Shown one piece after another: positions 41,219 to 43,136 of a stretch of DNA of 43,136 nucleotides (position 1 is its first letter; the number at the start of each line of letters is the position of its first letter). Source of the stretch: Chloroflexota bacterium. GTDB taxonomy: Bacteria; Chloroflexota; Dehalococcoidia; GIF9; AB-539-J10. The position numbers and the translations under genes were made by a program. The notes beneath the pieces are model-generated. The model made no database searches and was not told the origin of the DNA. It was given only the letters and a program-made list of their open reading frames with translations. Where the stretch lies: assembly GCA_030611015.1 (NCBI GenBank), contig JAUWQP010000002.1, forward strand, positions 1-43,136, read 5' to 3'.

Positions 41219-41240
41219 GCGTGTAATGTAGCTTATACGC
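41219..41240. repeat. family-A palindrome copy 5 (GCGTGTAA-tgtagc-TTATACGC)
   Basis: Its TTA at 41233-41235 is the stop of the 46-aa ORF 41233..41373. Confidence 0.8.
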
Positions 41241-41373
41241 CTGGTATATTCTCTGGCTTTGAGGTGCCGAGATAGCGGATGAATTTTTGCACCACCTTTT
41301 TGCCCTGGCGTTTGCTCTCTACCAGTTCGTAATAGACTCTATTGCCCCGTTTCCTTTTCCGTATGAATGCCAT
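41233..41373 (-). CDS. 46-aa basic protein (MAFIRKRKRGNRVYYELVESKRQGKKVVQKFIRYLG...), first gene of the early operon
   Basis: ATG 9 nt after a TTGACA-17-TATAGT promoter. The motif R..G..YY.LVES.R.GKKV.Q....YLG recalls N-terminal DNA-binding segments of IS1634-type transposases and some recombinases. Below the ORF-track cut-off. Confidence 0.45.
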   Translation of the reverse strand: MAFIRKRKRGNRVYYELVESKRQGKKVVQKFIRYLGTSKPENIPGV

Positions 41374-41382
41374 CTCCCCACT

Positions 41383-41411
41383 ACTATATACCCACTACGG
41401 GGCGTTGTCAA
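41383..41411 (-). promoter_or_regulatory. sigma70-like promoter TTGACA-17-TATAGT for the minus-strand early operon
   Basis: -35 at 41411-41406 and -10 at 41388-41383. There are 9 nt to the ATG at 41373. Confidence 0.55.
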
Positions 41412-41476
41412 GCCTTTTCTTACCAAGAAACTCCAGAGGATTCGAACCCCCGGCCCCGACCTGATATAATGCTGGT

Positions 41477-41566
41477 GCCGGGGTGGCGGAATGCGGAGAC
41501 GCTAGCGAATTGGTCAGGGAGGACAGGCTGCGGTTGTTAGTTAGCGGAGTTTACCGCTAAGCGTTT
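41477..41566 (+). ncRNA. candidate small RNA with a tRNA-like 5' end (truncated tRNA-Leu/Ser-type acceptor + D-arm) and a 3' hairpin
   Basis: TTCGAA-18-TATAAT (41441-41470) places the transcription start at G41477. GCCGGGGTGGCGGAATGCGGAGACGC looks like tRNA positions 1-26, but no anticodon or T arm follows. The hairpin TTAGCGG-N6-CCGCTAA at 41541-41560 is followed by GCGTTT. Confidence 0.25.
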
Positions 41567-41583
41567 GAGCCAAAGATACCCCC

Positions 41584-41612
41584 TTGACAAATGTCAAGTA
41601 TTGTGCTACTAT
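41584..41612 (+). promoter_or_regulatory. sigma70-like promoter TTGACA-17-TACTAT, 7 nt before the ATG at 41620; the -35 is part of the palindrome TTGACAAATGTCAA
   Basis: -35 at 41584-41589 and -10 at 41607-41612. The palindrome is at 41584-41597. Confidence 0.55.
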
Positions 41613-41619
41613 TCAAATT

Positions 41620-41850
41620 ATGCCGAATCGTAAGTTAGAGTTAACCCTGAAATACTCGACAGCTTCGATGGTGCGCAAGAGACTGGGGCTTAGTCGCTTT
41701 CAGTTTGATGTGCGCCTGCAACGAGGCATCTTTCCCAAGCCGACCTTCACTGATGTAACAGGCGTTCGTTATTTTGATGAAAGCTGGGGTAGTATAGCAC
41801 AATCGATTTTGGGGGCGTCTGCTGGACAGGAGAAGGTGAGGAGGTGGTGA
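41620..41850 (+). CDS. AlpA/Xis-family helix-turn-helix regulator (76 aa)
   Basis: Trimmed to the ATG at 41620. MVRKRLGLSRFQFDVRLQRGIFPKPTF..TGVRYFDESW fits the AlpA pattern (...G.FP.P......r.W.esev). Confidence 0.55.
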   Translation: MPNRKLELTLKYSTASMVRKRLGLSRFQFDVRLQRGIFPKPTFTDVTGVRYFDESWGSIAQSILGASAGQEKVRRW

Positions 41851-41868
41851 ATTAGATTCAAAAAAGAA

Positions 41869-41892
41869 AGAGACCTGCGGCAGCAGGTCTCT
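41869..41892. terminator. perfect 10-bp hairpin AGAGACCTGC-ggca-GCAGGTCTCT; an A-run upstream gives a U-tract on the minus strand
   Basis: Read directly. It sits between the AlpA-like gene and the TRAP gene, so it is a possible bidirectional terminator and element boundary. Confidence 0.6.
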
Positions 41893-41998
41893 TCCCAGGA
41901 AAAGTGAGTGATTGAGTTAGAGTATCTTTTACATGGGCTACCGAACCCTAATTAGAGGGGAAGGAGCAAAAAACTAATATAGAAGGAGGAATAGCATA

Positions 41999-43075
41999 GT
42001 GAAAAACAAAAAGGTGGTAATCTTAAGTCTGTTTCTTGTGTTGGCGTTGCTCTTGGGGGGGGTCATAGGCTGTGCCCCTAAGGAGGAGGAACCTGCGGTG
42101 CCTGGCGCACCAGCCGCACCAGTAACAGAGGTACAGCAGTGGCGGCTTCAGCACGAGTGGACTGCTGCCGAGAGCTACTATTACGAGTATTTTGCTGACG
42201 TAGTTAGTGAGCTGACTGATGGGCAAATTGATATCTTGGTTTTTGCCGATGCTCAGTTGATCCCCAGGGAAGATATCCCCAAGGCCCTAAAGCTGGGAAC
42301 GATTGACATAGCCCACTCGTCCCCATCTCAGTATAAGGGTTCTGTCCCGGCAACTACTATCGACGCAATTCCCTTTATGTGGGAAAGCTTCGAGCAGTAT
42401 CATACTCTCTTCAGGCGATTCGGACTCGCAGAGCACTACACGAGTGTCTTAAGAGAAACGCTTGGTATTCAAATGGTGGGCCATGGGACTTGTGATATGT
42501 GCACCACTATATGGGTAGAGGAATTTTCTTGCCTGGCGGACCTTGCCGGCAGAACAACTAGTTCTTCCGGGCCTACAGCGGAATTTTACCAGCAGTATAA
42601 CGTAGCACCAGTTTATATTGCCGTAGGTGATTTGTACACTTCGGTAGCCCTCGGTATACTCGATGGCATCAGCTATGGTGGGGCCCAGTGTGCCGTTGAC
42701 ATGGGAACGTTTGAAGTTGCCAAATATTACCAATTACCGTACCTACCAATTGGATACTCCGTGTGCTACTTTATAGCTCCTCAGCTGTGGGACTCGCTTC
42801 CCACTGCCACTCGGGCCATTATCAGGTCGGCTACCGATACCGCTTATTTGTATATGAGGACTACTTTTCTTAGGGGCGAGGAGGAAGCCCTGCGAATGCT
42901 TGTCAATGACTTTGGTGGGAAGGTTATTACCTTGCCTGATGAGGATGTGCAAGCAATAAGGGATTTCGGGATACAGTATCTGGCGGGCTTAACGGAGAAA
43001 TTTCCTGATGCTGCCACAGCCAGGGCGGTAGAGATTGCTTATGATTTCTGGCGTGTCTTCGGTAAAATTGATTAA
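41999..43075 (+). CDS. TRAP-transporter solute-binding protein (DctP family) lipoprotein
   Basis: GTG start behind GAAGGAGG. The signal peptide has the lipobox LLGGVIGC. WRLQHEW...TDGQIDILVF...ALKLGTIDIAHS...IPFMW is typical of DctP-type periplasmic binding proteins. Confidence 0.8.
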   Translation: MKNKKVVILSLFLVLALLLGGVIGCAPKEEEPAVPGAPAAPVTEVQQWRLQHEWTAAESYYYEYFADVVSELTDGQIDILVFADAQLIPREDIPKALKLGTIDIAHSSPSQYKGSVPATTIDAIPFMWESFEQYHTLFRRFGLAEHYTSVLRETLGIQMVGHGTCDMCTTIWVEEFSCLADLAGRTTSSSGPTAEFYQQYNVAPVYIAVGDLYTSVALGILDGISYGGAQCAVDMGTFEVAKYYQLPYLPIGYSVCYFIAPQLWDSLPTATRAIIRSATDTAYLYMRTTFLRGEEEALRMLVNDFGGKVITLPDEDVQAIRDFGIQYLAGLTEKFPDAATARAVEIAYDFWRVFGKID

Positions 43076-43136
43076 GAGTGCATTTTTGGGGGGATGACTC
43101 AGTCATGTGTGGAGGCTGAGATACATAGGTAACACT

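Noticed and set aside
26803-41240. Family-A palindromes as integron attC sites (GTRTAAC ... GTTAYAC resembles RYYYAAC/GTTRRRY)
   Set aside because: The sites are only 22 bp (attC sites are about 57-141 bp with extrahelical bases). The core match is imperfect. No IntI-type integrase or attI is present. I kept only the cassette-boundary analogy.
41233-41373. Integrase gene (the N-terminus resembles recombinase/transposase DNA-binding arms)
   Set aside because: The ORF is only 46 aa and stops inside a family-A palindrome. No catalytic domain follows in any frame. No tyrosine or serine recombinase is recognisable anywhere in the window.
41428-41552. A complete tRNA or tmRNA gene
   Set aside because: Only an acceptor/D-arm-like 5' piece and, on the other strand, a T-loop-like 11-mer are present. 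I could not fold an anticodon arm or a consistent cloverleaf in either orientation. The 125-nt span closed by AAACTCC/GGAGTTT is too long for a tRNA and lacks tmRNA features.

Overview
The window is almost entirely a densely packed virus-like mobile element (prophage or viral contig, at least 1-41.9 kb). A cellular-looking TRAP-transporter solute-binding gene sits at the right edge (41999-43075). The layout has five parts. (i) 1-3566: a minus-strand block of unknown ORFs. (ii) 3609-7476: a plus-strand operon with a leaderless-type promoter. It encodes an Mrp/NBP35-like P-loop ATPase and a polyprenyl-lipid cassette (polyprenol-kinase-like protein, UbiA prenyltransferase, SDR epimerase/dehydratase). 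(iii) 7517-25399: a plus-strand late/structural-like block. It holds many small beta-rich or Pro/Trp-motif proteins, a DUF5320-like RGG protein, a HiPIP-like Cys protein and a nucleotidyltransferase. It also holds a free-standing NUMOD3/Vsr-like homing endonuclease, three tandem paralogues, an intein-interrupted Cys-protease-like gene, a capsid candidate and two right-handed beta-helix proteins. No terminase, portal or tape measure is recognisable in it. (iv) 25388-41373: a minus-strand early/replication block. It contains a C92/NlpC-P60-like amidase, HNH and LAGLIDADG endonucleases flanking a 159-aa mini Pol X, and an iteron-type origin next to a prim-pol/D5-type primase-helicase. It also contains ASCH, PAPS-reductase-like and MmcB-like genes and many tiny Zn-ribbon/HTH ORFs. 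(v) 41374-41998: a divergent promoter region with tRNA-like fragments, an AlpA/Xis-like HTH gene and a strong hairpin terminator. The most striking non-coding signals are two families of 20-22-bp palindromes placed exactly on early-gene junctions, an inverted iteron array, 29-bp inverted repeats bracketing a secreted-protein gene, and sigma70-like promoters spaced for leaderless translation. All functional calls rest on motif recognition by eye; no database search or structure prediction was possible.
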